Part shown: one piece after another, positions 26,558 through 40,806 of the stretch
How the letters are laid out: every line of letters starts with the position of its first letter
Position numbering within the stretch: the first letter of the stretch is position 1
The notes under the pieces: model-generated
Told to the model about the DNA's origin: nothing
The model's database searches: none
What the model saw: only the letters and a program-made list of their open reading frames with translations
Assembly: GCA_951406725.2 (NCBI GenBank)
Contig: OX597832.1
Coordinates: forward strand, 59,644,001-59,708,000
Length of the DNA stretch: 64,000 nt
Direction: 5' to 3'
Origin: Octopus vulgaris
Lineage: Eukaryota
Position numbers and translations under genes: made by a program

Positions 26558-27338
26558 TGTTTACAGAGTGTCCTTAAATTGCCTTGACAATTTGAAAAGT
26601 TCATGAGGAAAATAAGGATAAGTCCGCAGAAGTTATTTGAAAAGGGACAAATAAAGTTCTATTTGAAAGATCAGAACACTTCTGCGAGGGCTCTTCTAAT
26701 TGCATACAACACATCTAGACTAGCTTAATCTTAACAGCCACGATAAATTATGAAAGTCGTAAAGATAACATATAGACACCCTGTATATATGCATATGTGT
26801 GTGTATATGTGCATGTAAGTATGTATATATATATATATATATATATATTATTTCTTTATATATATACACACACACAGACACCCACAAACATTCATGCGTA
26901 TGTATGCATGTATGATTGTATATGCGTGTGCGTATACACATATACAAACACGCATATTATATATAGTTATATATATATACATATATATATGTATATACAT
27001 ATATATGTATATATACATGTATGTATATACATATATTTATATATATACATACATATATACATACATACCTACATATATTAATATATAGATATAAGCATGT
27101 ATATATATATATTGTGTGTGTGTGTGACTATATGTGTGTGTTCGTAGTAGACATATAAATATGCATGCATAGAGAAACGTGTATTTGTGTGTATATGTGT
27201 GTGTACGTTTGTGTGTTTGTATGTGTGTGTGAGTTTGCGTGCGTGTGATTGTGGGTGTGTACGCTGAACATGTTTATTTATCAGTGTGTGTGAGAGTCTG
27301 TGTCTGTGTGTCTGTGTGTCTTAGTCTGTGTATGCATC

Positions 27339-27388
<50 letters not shown>

Positions 27389-27734
27389 CATGTCAGTGTG
27401 TGTGTGTTTTGTGTTTTGAATCTTTCAGTAGCGGAATCCTCAGCTGTGAAATTCTGTGAAACTAGAGATGATGGATGATAAGCACTTGTCTGTGATTTCT
27501 CTGCAAAATTTACACATTTTATCGCCAACCCTAACGTGCCATCTTCAAAAACTTTCACAGCAATTTTTTTTTCTTTTCAAAATAAATCATCTCACAAAAC
27601 CGATTAACACATCAAAACAACCAGGAAATTCTTTCAGTTTAAAATATCAAGCGCTGCACTACAAGCGTCAATTGATTTTAGTACTTTTGTGATTGTTCAC
27701 GATTATCACCTTTTTTTTCGAAATAATTCATTTA

Positions 27735-28030
27735 TACATACATGCATACATTCACACATACATGCATACATTCACACATACATGCATACATTCACACATA
27801 CATGCATACATTCACACATGCATACATACATTCACACATGCATACATACATTCACACATACATACATACATTTACACATACATACATACATTCACACATA
27901 CATACATACATTCACACATACATACATTCACACATACATACATACATTTACACATACATACATACATTCACACATACGTACATACATGCATACATTCACA
28001 CATACATACATACACATATACATACATGTA
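27735..28030. repeat. (CATA)n/CATTCACA minisatellite-like array
   Basis: Direct reading. Confidence 0.9.
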
Positions 28031-28149
28031 TATATACAGCTATACATACTATGCATACAAACCAACAAACGTGCATATATACATATTTCCATCTATATAC
28101 ATAAATGTGTAATGGTGTCTGTCTGTGTGTGTGTGTGTGTTTTGGGTTA

Positions 28150-28900
28150 CTCTAACTCCTCCCATACCCTGACCAACCGATTGTAATGATTTTTGGCACA
28201 TAGGTAGATCAGGTGCACTGAATTTCAAATATGGCTGGAATTTTTCGAAAACTGGTAATTCTAAGCTGGCATCGATTTGTGTGAGCTCAGTCGGGTGTTT
28301 GAATGAAAATTCCCATAAAGAAGTTACTTTTCCTGCAGCTTGAACATCTTCCTGGTGGGGCAAGAGTTTTAGTGGCGTTTATCCTAAACATGGAATACTT
28401 TGAGAATTCGGCTTTAAGATCAACACCACTAAAACGACCCTATGGCTGCGATATATTGGTGACTTCTTTATACTCTGGCCTTACCAGGAAGATGTCCAAG
28501 TGCTGTTCGGTCATGTGAACCCAATAAAGCCACCCATACAGTTCACAATGGAAAAGGAAAAAGACTATCAGCTACCATTCCTGGACGTATTAATAATACT
28601 CACGAAGTATGAATTCAGGACATCTGTATACCGCAAGCTGACCTTCACTGGACGATACCTAAACTTTAATTCCCACTATCCATACAGTGTAAAGAGAGGG
28701 ATTTCTCAGTGCCTAAAACATCGTGCAAAGAATGTACGTAGCGATCGTGATACACACCACGAAAAAATGATCAAGCTCAATAACAATCTATTAAGCAACA
28801 ACTACCCCAAAAACATACTATTCACTCCAATTATGAAGAAAAGCGAGGATGAAAGCAACAAACTGTCCGCTGTTTGTCTCTGTGCGTTGCAATAAGCGAT
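28150..28900 (+). mobile_element. Penelope-like element RT fragment (pseudogenised), with an upstream inverted segment
   Basis: MEYFENSAL...LWLRYIGDFFILWP (RYVDD-like), then IQFTMEKEKDYQLPFLDVLI...TSVYRKLTFTGRYLNFNSHYP...LSNNYP. The 28150-28365 segment is RT-like on the opposite strand. Confidence 0.85.
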
Positions 28901-29097
28901 TCAGAAATGGTGATCCACAGAAATGACATCCGTTCGTGCACGATTGCCTAATAAAAAGCCCATCGCATGCCATCATAGAAAGGTGAACATAAAACGAGGA
29001 TTGTATATGGATCTTTATTTCTCTGTTTGTCTAGCTATTTATCAGTATATTTATCAATCTACCTGCTTGTGTGTCTGAAAACACACATACATACATG

Positions 29098-29181
<84 letters not shown>

Positions 29182-29246
29182 GATAGATATACATAGATAT
29201 ATATATATACATATATATATACATATATATACATATATATATAAAT

Positions 29247-29289
<43 letters not shown>

Positions 29290-29326
29290 TATACATATAT
29301 ATACATATATACATATATATACATAT

Positions 29327-29410
<84 letters not shown>

Positions 29411-29609
29411 ATATAGCAGTAGAAAAAAGCAGTGGACACTACCTTCTTTTTAAATTTGTCTTTGCACATATTTTGTTGTTAAAATAATTTTCCTGCCATC
29501 TTTCTACAATTTCTACAAATAATTGAGCTTCCTTCATCAATGCTTTCATTTAATTCCCTTGCATCTCAGCGGTTATTTTTTTGCTTTTTATTTCCTTCTC
29601 TTTAAGCAA

Positions 29610-29640
<31 letters not shown>

Positions 29641-30558
29641 CGCTTTGGGTATCGAATTAAAATTCCTCCTTGAACTTCGATAGGAACCCATCCTTAATCT
29701 TCTAACCAGAATCCTTGTACTAGTGAAACATTTCGCTCCTCTTCATTTCACAATTAAAATAAAATCTCTGAATATTCTGTGTTTATTTTTAGAAAATCTT
29801 TGAGATGAAAAAGCCGATCCCGTTCGTTGCTATAATTTCCATGAATGAAGGAGATAACTCATCGATTATCTTGTATAGAGCGAAACCTATGAACTTATGT
29901 AGCAAATCAGGTATATTTTCAAGCAATGTATAATAGACATATGGCTTTCCAGACGTCTATCTTCTTGAGTTCTGTAGTAGAAAACACTTGCTATAATAAG
30001 AAATCAATTGTTCAAGGGGCCAAGCAATGGGACTGAACCCGGAACCAAGTTGTTGGGAAGCAAGCTTCTTACCACACATATATTTACACACACATGTAGT
30101 CATTCCTACAGACATACATACATACATACATACATACATACATACATACATGCATGCATGCATACATACATACATACATACATACATACATACATACATA
30201 CATACATACATACATACACACAGTCTAATCGACTGGACCATTCCCCCAAAATGTCGGGCCTTGAACCTAGAATAGAAAAGAATATTTCCAGTTACAAAAA
30301 ATTAAGGTTAATAAATTTCATTGTACCATATTGTCTGTAAGTTCATTCCATTGACTTAAACCAAAAACTGAGTAATGGTATTACCGATAAACATTTTAAA
30401 TTCAGAATTTGATATTGTAGAACTATATCTGTCTGTGTTTAGACTTAATTTGTTTGTGTGTTACAACCTTAAATTTCGTCATTAATATCGTACTAATCAG
30501 TGAACGTAACATTAACTTTTTATTTACGTAAAGAAATACTTTTACGTAACACAACTAG

Positions 30559-30732
30559 CTTTGGAGTAAAGATTGTTTGCCAACATAACATGGCAGTCCT
30601 GGTTTAGGACGAATGTTGCTGTAATTTAGCCCCAGGAGACACTGTCTCCAGCTGGCTATACGACACGATCTGTGTCCTTATATTCGTCCTAAACAAGGAC
30701 TGCCATGTTGGCAAACAATCTTTACTCCAAAG
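30559..30732. repeat. About 51-bp inverted repeat (MITE-like or fold-back)
   Basis: ctttggagtaaagattgtttgccaacat(aacat)ggcagtcctggtttaggacgaat ... attcgtcctaaacaaggactgccatgttggcaaacaatctttactccaaag, with internal hairpin ggagaca-c-tgtctcc. Confidence 0.85.
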
Positions 30733-32497
30733 TACTGTTGCTGAAATATCTCTCTTTGTGAGAACAAGTTTTATTTATTATTTTCAGAATCGAAGATGTT
30801 TCGTATCATACATCTTTGAAGTCTCATTATAAGCCTGAAGTTTTCAAACCTACTTCAATTTATGGTTTAAAAATTTACATAAAATGTTTTCTAATTGATG
30901 AGGAAATCTATACAGATACGATGGTCAACGTATCACGTAATGTTAAGCGCCATCTGGGAGATAAATTGCAAAAGACCGCATAGAAATATTCGGAAAAATA
31001 AACTAAATAATTATAAATGGTTCTAACCAAGCATACTTAATTTTATAAGCATTTAAAAAAAGTTAGCGTCAGGTAAATTCTAAGCAAACTAAAAAGCTCA
31101 TGATTGGCTTTTTTTTTATATATAAATAAGCACTTGAATCCCAACCAATAAACAAAAATATTGGAAAACTTGCGTACATTGCGAAGCGCAAACTCTTACG
31201 GTGTGCTGCCAAGGCGGCATTCCTTAATTTTTCTGACTAGTTAAATGAGACACTTTGTAATAGGAGCTTTAGGGGTAACATATTAAACACGGCTGGCAAA
31301 AATATATTCATGTGTAAAGATAGACTAAAAAATAATCTTTGCCTTAATCCAGTTTCTAATTTAAACTTTCACCCCCACATTACGAGGAATTAATCTCATT
31401 TCATTTCTCGATAAGACATATAAGACATTGAAACCATAAGCTATTTTTATAAGTATACCATTGAGGTAAGCTGATCATGACGTAAAATTTCCAAAGATCT
31501 ATTAATAACTTCAATTCCAAGAAATTTTCCAAAAGCAATAACGAAGTCATTACTATTTTTATGACTCCATTGCTCCCACTATTTGACTTTTAACTGAAGT
31601 TATCCTTCAAAAACTCTAATCTATTGATCTAAATCGAACCTGACTTTAATGGAAATATATAATGGTTCTAATGCTGAATTGTATCAAAGAATTCAATTGT
31701 TTAAGAAACCAGAAAGATTCTTTCATGAAAACCCCTCCAGATACGTTTGGCTTTTGAACGAAATATGTACTATGGTGTTTGAAATTCTGTTGTCGATTTT
31801 TGCTCACTTTAGTACTAAGAAAATCTCAAGAGAGCCGAAGAGCAAAAGGTTTTCTGGAAAGAACCCCACCCCACTCTATTCAGACAGGTGTTTCAGCTCT
31901 CAACTTCTTCCAGTCTAAGTGGCCCGGACCACATCCGTGTCATGACTTCTAAGTGCGCTTCTGCAGACACTTTTCAACCACATGGCTATCGGAGACTTGT
32001 GAATTTAAACCTCTCAACTTTCAAACCTTATACTTAAAGAAGAAATAACTTTGGTTGTCAGGGTAGCGGTCAACATCATCAAAATGACTCACTCAGAGTC
32101 ACTTCCCTTAACGTTAAAATACAAAAATATTGCCTTCAACTCTAGGCACAAGGCCCGAAATTTATGGGGAGGGGGCCAGTCGATTACATCGACACCAGTT
32201 CGCAACTGGTACTTAATTTAAAGAATGAAAGGCGAACTTAACATCGGAAAATATTTAAAAATGTTGCCTTCAATGTAATAGAGATCCAATTGTATAATTG
32301 GATTTATTTCAAAAGGATACAAATTTTCAGAATTGTTACGCTTTTTCAGGTATGCTTCAAAACTCGCAATTACGTATTTGTTGAAAAGTTGATAGAAGTA
32401 GTAAAATTCGTAAAATCTTACAATAAAAGCACAATTTTAGAGATCTTCTAAGCGAGTGTTTGTATAGATAGAAAGAAAGAAAGAAAGATAGATAGAC

Positions 32498-32878
32498 AGG
32501 AGTGGCTGTGTGGTAAGTAGCTTGCCTCCCAACCACATGGTTCCGGGTTCAGTCCCACTGCGTGGCACCTTGGGCAAGTGTCTTCTACTATAGCCTCGGG
32601 CCGACCAAAGCCTTGTGAGTGGATTTGGTAGACGGAAACTGAAAGAAGCCTGTCGTATATATGTATATGTGTGCGTGTTTGTGTGTCTGTGTCTGTCCCC
32701 CTAGCATTGCTTGACAACCGATGCTGGTGTGTTTATGTCCCCGTCACTTAGCGGTTTGGCAAAAAGAGACCGAGAGAATAAGTACTGGGCTTACAAAGAA
32801 TAAGTCCCGGGGTCGAGTTGCTCGACTAAAGGCGGTGCTCCAGCATGGCTGCAGTCAAATGACTGAAACAAGTAAAGA
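32498..32878 (+). mobile_element. SINE family B, full length
   Basis: Near-consensus copy between (GATA)n and (GA)n tracts. Confidence 0.9.
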
Positions 32879-32887
32879 GAGAGAGAG

Positions 32888-32932
<45 letters not shown>

Positions 32933-33019
32933 TATAGATAGGGAGATAGATAGATAGGTGGATAGATAGATAAATTGATAGATAGATAGATAGAAAGATA
33001 GACATGTACATATACAAAG

Positions 33020-33076
<57 letters not shown>

Positions 33077-33213
33077 CGCGCGCATATATACATATATTCA
33101 CACACAGATATGTATGTGTGTATCTATTTATCTATGCATGCATACATTCATATATACATATATATATATGTGTGTATATACAAATATATATATATATATA
33201 TATGTATATACAA

Positions 33214-33273
<60 letters not shown>

Positions 33274-33292
33274 GCACACAATGCATGCACAC

Positions 33293-33312
<20 letters not shown>

Positions 33313-33334
<22 letters not shown>

Positions 33335-33493
33335 GGGCTTCTTTCAGTTTCCGTGAGCCAAATCCACTCACCAGGCTTTGGTCGGCGCGAGACTATAGTA
33401 GAAGACATTTGCTCAAGGTGCTACGCAGTGGGACTGAAGCCAGAACCCTGTGGTTAGGAAGCAGGCTTCTTACCACACAGCCACACCTGCGCC

Positions 33494-33494
<1 letters not shown>
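33313..33494 (-). mobile_element. SINE family B 5' half between (TA)n tracts
   Basis: Reverse complement of the family B head. Confidence 0.8.
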
Positions 33495-33568
<74 letters not shown>

Positions 33569-34270
33569 TGGGGGAGGAGCGTCCTAATTGATCTTTGTTT
33601 TTATTTATCCAGCAGAACTCTTAATATTTTAAACAATCGATTATATTATTCATCTGTTGTTCTTGTTCTTTTTCGTTATGTTATTTTATCCATTCATTGA
33701 TTTCTATCCGTTTTTGTTTTGTTTTATTACTATTTTTTTTTGTTTGAACACCCATTGTTTCTGATTCAGTAGACTTACAATAAAAGCATTCTGCTCCTGA
33801 CCATCACATCAAATTTTCCTACAAAATTATAATTTTGACTACATTGTTGCAAAAAATCCTATTTTTTTATATTGTTTTTTTTTAAGAAGCCATAGTGTAA
33901 TTTGAGGATATCACGTTTACTATTTCCCAGTAAACTGGGTATCCACATAGAGTGCACTTTAGTAGTAGGTGGTAAAATGAAATCTAAGATTTGTAAACCC
34001 GAAAGCTTAAGGAAGATTTTCTTATGTAAACAATTGTACTTCTGTTATCAAATCACGCACACACAGACAAATACAGACACACACACACATACACACACAC
34101 TCGCACACATACGCGCACAGGCACATATAACTTTATATTTACAAACATATCCAACCATGTCTATTTCGATTCCTGCCACGGTATACATACACACATAATA
34201 CTTATACATACATATATACATACAGGTAGATACGCACATACATACATACATACATACATACATACATACA

Positions 34271-34301
<31 letters not shown>

Positions 34302-34353
34302 GTGTGTGTATGCCTGTATATATACATAGATACATGTGTATGTATATATATAT

Positions 34354-34387
<34 letters not shown>

Positions 34388-34446
34388 GGACACTCACACA
34401 CACACACACAGACACACAACACACACACTCACACACACAACACACA

Positions 34447-34520
<74 letters not shown>

Positions 34521-34929
34521 CAGACACACAAGAGTCAGCTTGTGCTGTTATCTATTATCTATAAAAGCTTTTTTGAACACCGATACTTGAAGCTGCCTCT
34601 TCTTACTAGAAAACTCTTATGAATGTCTGACGTTAATTGGCGACCTACCACCAAGTTTAGATACGGCGTCTTCATCAGTTTCCTTTCCAAACACAGGTTC
34701 GGTAACCTGCATGAAATTACTTAAGCTAAACGACTTTTACTTTCGTAATTTGACGCTGAAATTTATGCAGCTGATATCCAGTTAAGCTCTAATATCAAAT
34801 GAAGTCGTTGGCTTTTGCTAAGAGTGCTCCCGTTTGTTGCAGGAAATCTATCTGAACTGCTATCAGGCTACGTGAAGCGATTAATCGCTATGTTTGCTTA
34901 CGTATATTTTCTGATTATTAATCGTTACA

Positions 34930-35362
34930 AGGCGGCGAGCTTGTAGATACTTTAGCATGCTGGGCGAAATGCTTAGCGTATTTCGTCTGCCGTTACGTTC
35001 TGAGTTCATATTCCGTCGAGGTCGACTTTGCTTTTCATCCTTTCGGGGGCGATAAATTAAGCACCAGTTACGCACTTTGGTCGATGTAATCGACTTAATC
35101 CTTTTGTCAGTCTTTGTTTGTCCCCTCTATGTTTAGCCCCTTGAGGGCCATAAAGACATAAGAAACTTTAGCACGCTGGGGAAATGCTTAGCGGTATTTT
35201 GTCAGTCTTTACGTTCTGAGTTCATATTCTGCAGAGGTCGACTTTGCCTTTCATTATTTCGGGGGCGATACATGAAGTACCTGTTGCGTACTAAGGTCGA
35301 TCTAATCGATTGGCCCCCGCCACTAAAATTTCAGGCCTTGTACCTATAGTAGAGAAGATTAT
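34930..35362 (+). mobile_element. SINE family A dimer
   Basis: 'ggcggcgagct...' head plus two modules. Confidence 0.8.
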
Positions 35363-36028
35363 TAATAGCTGTTATTGTTGTTATATTTTAAGCCTTTGTT
35401 AGCTTTCGCTTCAATAAATCACCGAACAAGAATATTGAAGCCGTCCGTGACCATCCCTTCTTTTTCTTCTATATTTTATGAGTATTATACATTAGTCTAT
35501 GATGCTGCACGCTGGCAGAATGCTTTGCGGTATTTCTTTCTCTTTTAGGTTCTGAGTTCAAACCTCGTCAAAGTCACTTTTGCTTTTAATTCCTCCAGTG
35601 TCAATAAAACTAAGTAACAGTCAAGTGCTGGTATCAATGTAATCGACACACCCCTTCCTCTCAAGCATGTAGACTCTGGAAACTGCAAAGGACCAGCGTC
35701 TCGTTCAAGTTAAATGCTGTGATCTCAGCCCCTTATGTGCCATGGAATCCAGGTAACCAGGTCTAAGATTCTTGGTGCTTGAAAACAAAGACAAATACCA
35801 ATAAACTTAGATTACCATATCTAGAATGTCATTCTGGCATTTATTATGACAATAGCTTTGATTTTGAGGGATATGTGGTCGTTGTTTCTAGCATACACTC
35901 TACCACATGGATGCTCCCTTTGATAATTCGCATTATATATATATATACACATATATATATGTATATACATATATATATATGCATATATATATATATGTAT
36001 ATATACATACATATATATATATATATAT

Positions 36029-36069
<41 letters not shown>

Positions 36070-36472
36070 CATTTATATATATATATATATATATATATAC
36101 GATGGTTTAAGCAAACACACAAGAGAGAGACCGATATCTGAGAATGCTACGGAAAGAAATAGGCTCAAGAAATCAGGAGCCCTGGATCCTTCTTTAACCG
36201 TTACTTCAATAGGAGCTTGCAGCTGCAATTTCAGTATTTGTAAACCAGTAAGTCATTGTGAGAAGCTCTTTTGATGTTCATCATGGACCCAACCAGACAG
36301 CCAGAGAAGTACTTATTTTTTAAAATAGCATTTAAGAAAGTATAGCTCAACCAAACGAAGATGCTTCTATACAGCCGCTTGGCTTTCTTGAAAAGGAAGT
36401 CAAGTCTCATCTAAAGCACAAATTGACGTTTTAAAAAGCATGATTGATTATAAAATGCGCTCTTGATGTTAC

Positions 36473-36890
36473 TGCCGAGGTCGACTTTGCCTTTCATTCT
36501 TTCAGGGTCGATAAAGTAAGTACCAGTTGGCTACTGGGGTTGATGTAATAGACTTCATCCCTTTGTCTGTCCTTGTTTGTCCCTTCTATGTTTAGGCCCT
36601 TGGGGAAAATAAAGAAATAAGAAACATTAGCACGCCGGAGGAAATGCTTAGGGGTATTTCGTCTGTCTTTACGTATTGAGTTCATATTCCGTCGAGGTCG
36701 ACTCTTCTCAAAGACCTTACCTTTGATATATATATATATATATATATATATCTTCCGCCGAGATCGACTTTTCCTTTCATACTTTCGGGGTCGATGAATT
36801 AAGTATCAGTTGCGTACAGGGGTCGATCCAATCGACTGGTCCCCTCCCCCAAAATTTCGGGTCTTGTGTCTACAGTGGAGTAGATTATTC
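36473..36890 (+). mobile_element. SINE family A fragments interrupted by (TA)n
   Basis: 'gccgaggtcgactttgcc' modules. Confidence 0.75.
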
Positions 36891-37158
36891 ATCCTTGTTT
36901 GATGCTCAAACGAAACTGCCAACCAAATGATTCTCTCGAGCTTATTTTCTTCAGGGGATGTAATTTCCGCACTTAAATCCACCTGTCATGCAGTAGATAC
37001 AAATCAGAATTATAATTAGTGGGAGACCTATAACATTAACGAGTGTTTCGTTGAAGTGGAGTGCCAAGTTTGAATTCTACTTATACAACTACAAATGGAA
37101 ACCCAATGTATTGGGTATTCTGCATCAGAACAAACGTACCCAGGTGTGTGTGTGTGTT

Positions 37159-37232
<74 letters not shown>

Positions 37233-37867
37233 CCAACTTTGATATTACTGGATTCAGATTCTGGTCCTAAAGCAATTGATACATAACATTTCATTCTTCG
37301 TGAAACCCATTCTACACACCCCAACCCACCGTCACCCACCGTCACCCACTACCACCTGCCACCACCCACCCCACCATCACACGAATATCTTTCTCAACAT
37401 CAAAGGATTAGAATTAGAAACTAGAAGATAGGAATCTTAATTGAAAATTAAATAAAGATCTTTCCTTTAATGGAAATTGTTTCGCGAGAAATATTTATTT
37501 GTACCAAAATCTTTGTTCGTGTAACAGAATTTTCGAACGGAAAAACATCAATACATTAATAGTTGTTTTAAATAAATAAACAATACTTACTGTAGATAAA
37601 TAGTGTTTTTGTTTTTTTTTTCTAAAATATTTACTATTGCAATATTGAAGATTATCTCACAAAGAAACATTAATAAAAAATAAAAACAATAACTAGATAG
37701 ATATTCGAATTTAATTGGAAAATTTTCATATTCTTTAAGATTTTTGATTGTCCGCTTTTTCTGTGAAGGTGTGTGTTTATTTATATATATATTTTTTTTT
37801 TTTTCATTTCTTTCTTGGTCTCCTGTCGGTTGGCTCGGCGTGAAGAATCTGTATTGTGATTTTTCCT

Positions 37868-38082
37868 GAGATATTTCAAGCCTTCGCATACTCACAGCCC
37901 ATGTCTCACTGCCATGTTGCATTGCTGCTCGTACACAGGGATAATACATTCTGCTTTTCACTATGTGGGGGAGGCCCTTCGTTACTAACAGAGGTAGTAG
38001 CTCCCTGAATTTCGCCCAGCCTATCCTTATTCTAGCAGCAATACTTTCAGAACAGCCTCCCCGACTAACTTGGTCATCTAAG
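37868..38082 (-). mobile_element. RTE-clade LINE RT C-terminal fragment
   Basis: Minus strand reads GGCSESIAARIRIGWAKFRELLPLL...VKSRMYYPCVRAAMQHGSETWA. Confidence 0.8.
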
Positions 38083-38095
38083 TTACAGAAATAGG

Positions 38096-38385
38096 TGCAG
38101 GAGTGGCTCCGAGGTAAGTAGTTTGCTTACAAACCACATGGTTCCGGGTTCAGTCCCACTGCGAGGCATCTTGGGCAAGTGTGTTCTACTACAGCCTCGG
38201 GCCGACCAAAGCCTTGTGAGTGGATTTGGTGGAGGGAAACAGAAAGAAGCCCGTCGTATATATATATATATATATATATATATACGACGGGCTTCTTTCA
38301 TGTGTGTTATATGCTTGTGTGTGTCCCGCCCCCAACATCGCTTGACAACAAATGCGATGCTGGTGTGTTTACGTCCCCGTAAAGC
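38096..38385 (+). mobile_element. SINE family B
   Basis: Head 'ggagtggctccgaggtaagtag...', with an internal (TA)n carrying a fold-back. Confidence 0.85.
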
Positions 38386-38629
38386 ATAACCTCACGCAAA
38401 GCATAACCTCAGTAAGTCACGCTTCGGAACTCAGCCAGAAAATCTATAGAGTTGCTTTTGATATGACTTTATGGGGGAGATGCCAGATGATGTTACCCGC
38501 CACGATCTTTGCAGACATAGGGGGCAGAGAACGTGGATCGATGCTTAATAATTTTTATTTTCACAAATTTTTTCTCTTAAATGTTCGTATGGTGCAATTG
38601 TTTTTTCATAAACAAACGATTCCGTTGTT

Positions 38630-38813
38630 CAGTTCTATATTTAAGAGATGAGGATTTATGTACATTATTTACATTATTTACATTTGACGAATATTTGTCC
38701 GCATCTTGTTTGTTGTCAATACAGCCTTTCGGCTGATATACTTTCCAGCCTTCATCAGATGTCTTGGGGAAATTTCGAACCTGGGTTCTCGTTCCTAAGA
38801 TACTTTTCGATGC

Positions 38814-38850
<37 letters not shown>
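38630..38850 (-). mobile_element. Hammerhead-bearing body of family E (left, inverted copy)
   Basis: Minus strand: (AAT)n-agcatcgaaaagtatcttagg...gacat-CTGATGA-A-GGCTG...CAGCC-GAAA...acaacaaacaagatg...(tgtaaataa)n. Homologous to 39672-39815. Confidence 0.75.
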
Positions 38851-38853
<3 letters not shown>

Positions 38854-39082
38854 TCTTTATTGCCCACAGCGGGCTAATTATAAAGGGGACATAAAAAAAA
38901 CTGACAAAGGGATTAAGTCGATTACATCGACACCAGTGCGTAACTGGTAATTGTTTCATCGACCCCGAAAGGATAAAAGGCAAAGTCCACTTCGGCGGAA
39001 TTTGAACTTAGAACGTAATGGCATACGAAATACCGCTGAGTATTTCGCCCGGCGTGGTAACGCTTCTGCCAGCTGCCACCTT
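38851..39082 (-). mobile_element. SINE family A
   Basis: Reverse complement of the family A unit. Confidence 0.8.
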
Positions 39083-39103
39083 ACCACTACGCCATATGCC
39101 CGT

Positions 39104-39180
39104 GGGCATATGGCGTAGGGGTTAAGAGCGTAGGTTACTAACTCCAAGATTCCGAGTTCAATTCCAGGCAGTGATCTGAA
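39104..39180 (+). mobile_element. tRNA-like SINE head (family E)
   Basis: A box 'tggcgtaggggtt' (39111 onward) and B box 'gagttcaattcc' (39154-39165), followed directly by (AAT)/(GAT)n. Confidence 0.75.
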
Positions 39181-39193
39181 TAATAATGATGAA

Positions 39194-39312
<119 letters not shown>

Positions 39313-39319
39313 TAATAAT

Positions 39320-39652
39320 AAGGCGGTTACAATACCAGTGATCGTAGGAGCACTAGGAATGATCAAGAAGGGAACCGAAAATTATATGAGAATGATCCCT
39401 GGCTTACCATCCCTGCAAGAAGTGCAAAAGATTGTCTTAACTGGTACATCACACGTATTGAGAAGAGCATTGTCGATGTGAGAACTGTTGCTGCTCATGT
39501 ATTTTAATTTAACTTAGAAAAAAAAAAAAAATGAACGAACTATTGAGTTTGGTTTAATGGCCTACCAATGTATACTATGAGTTTCTTTGCCCTAGGAGTC
39601 GGGAAGACACTCGGCAAGAAATGAAAGCAAATTTGAAAGAAGAAAAAAAAAG
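39320..39652 (+). mobile_element. R4/Dong-like 3' end (second subfamily) inside (TAA)n
   Basis: KAVTIPVIVGALGMIKKG...LQEVQKIVLTGTSHVLRRALSM*, with (TAA)n on both sides. Confidence 0.8.
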
Positions 39653-39713
39653 TAATAATAATAATAACAATAGAATCGAAATATACCTTACGAATGGTAG
39701 GAGATTTCACTAA

Positions 39714-39759
39714 GACACTTGATGAAGGCAGGAGGGTATATCAGCCGAAACGTTGTGTT
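39714..39759 (+). ncRNA. Minimal type I hammerhead ribozyme motif (family E body, right copy)
   Basis: gacac-tTGATGA-A-GGCaG...CAGCC-GAAA-CG-T-T-gtgtt. Helix I is gacac/gtgtt, helix III is the palindrome ACGT, and core C3 is mutated to T. Confidence 0.7.
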
Positions 39760-40103
39760 AACAACAAACAAGATGAGGACAAATATCCGTCAAATGTAAA
39801 TAATGTAAATAATGATTTCGTTGTTGTTGAGATTCTACAGAAAATATTCCATCGAAATATTAGCATTAATAGCAATCCAGCTAAACTTTAAATTACCAAA
39901 CAACTAACTACACGTCTCCAGTTGTCAGTTACTGCGTTTTTACATTTATATTCACCCTTAAACTCTATCACTCCCCCAGCCAAGCCCTGCCCCGCCCCGC
40001 CCGCCACTTGGTGTTATGAGAGATTTCGAATTTAGAAACTCATTGAAATCAGTGATTAAAAATTTAATTTAAATTCCGTTTCTCTCTCTCTATATCTTTC
40101 TCT

Positions 40104-40161
<58 letters not shown>

Positions 40162-40289
40162 ATCTCTCTCTCTCTTTCACGCTCTCTCTCTCTTTCACGC
40201 TCTCTCTCTCTCTCCTTCTCTCTCTTCATGAATCAGACCGATGGCAATAAATTTTTACTATTACCACTCGAAAAATAAAACACACGCAC

Positions 40290-40806
<517 letters not shown>

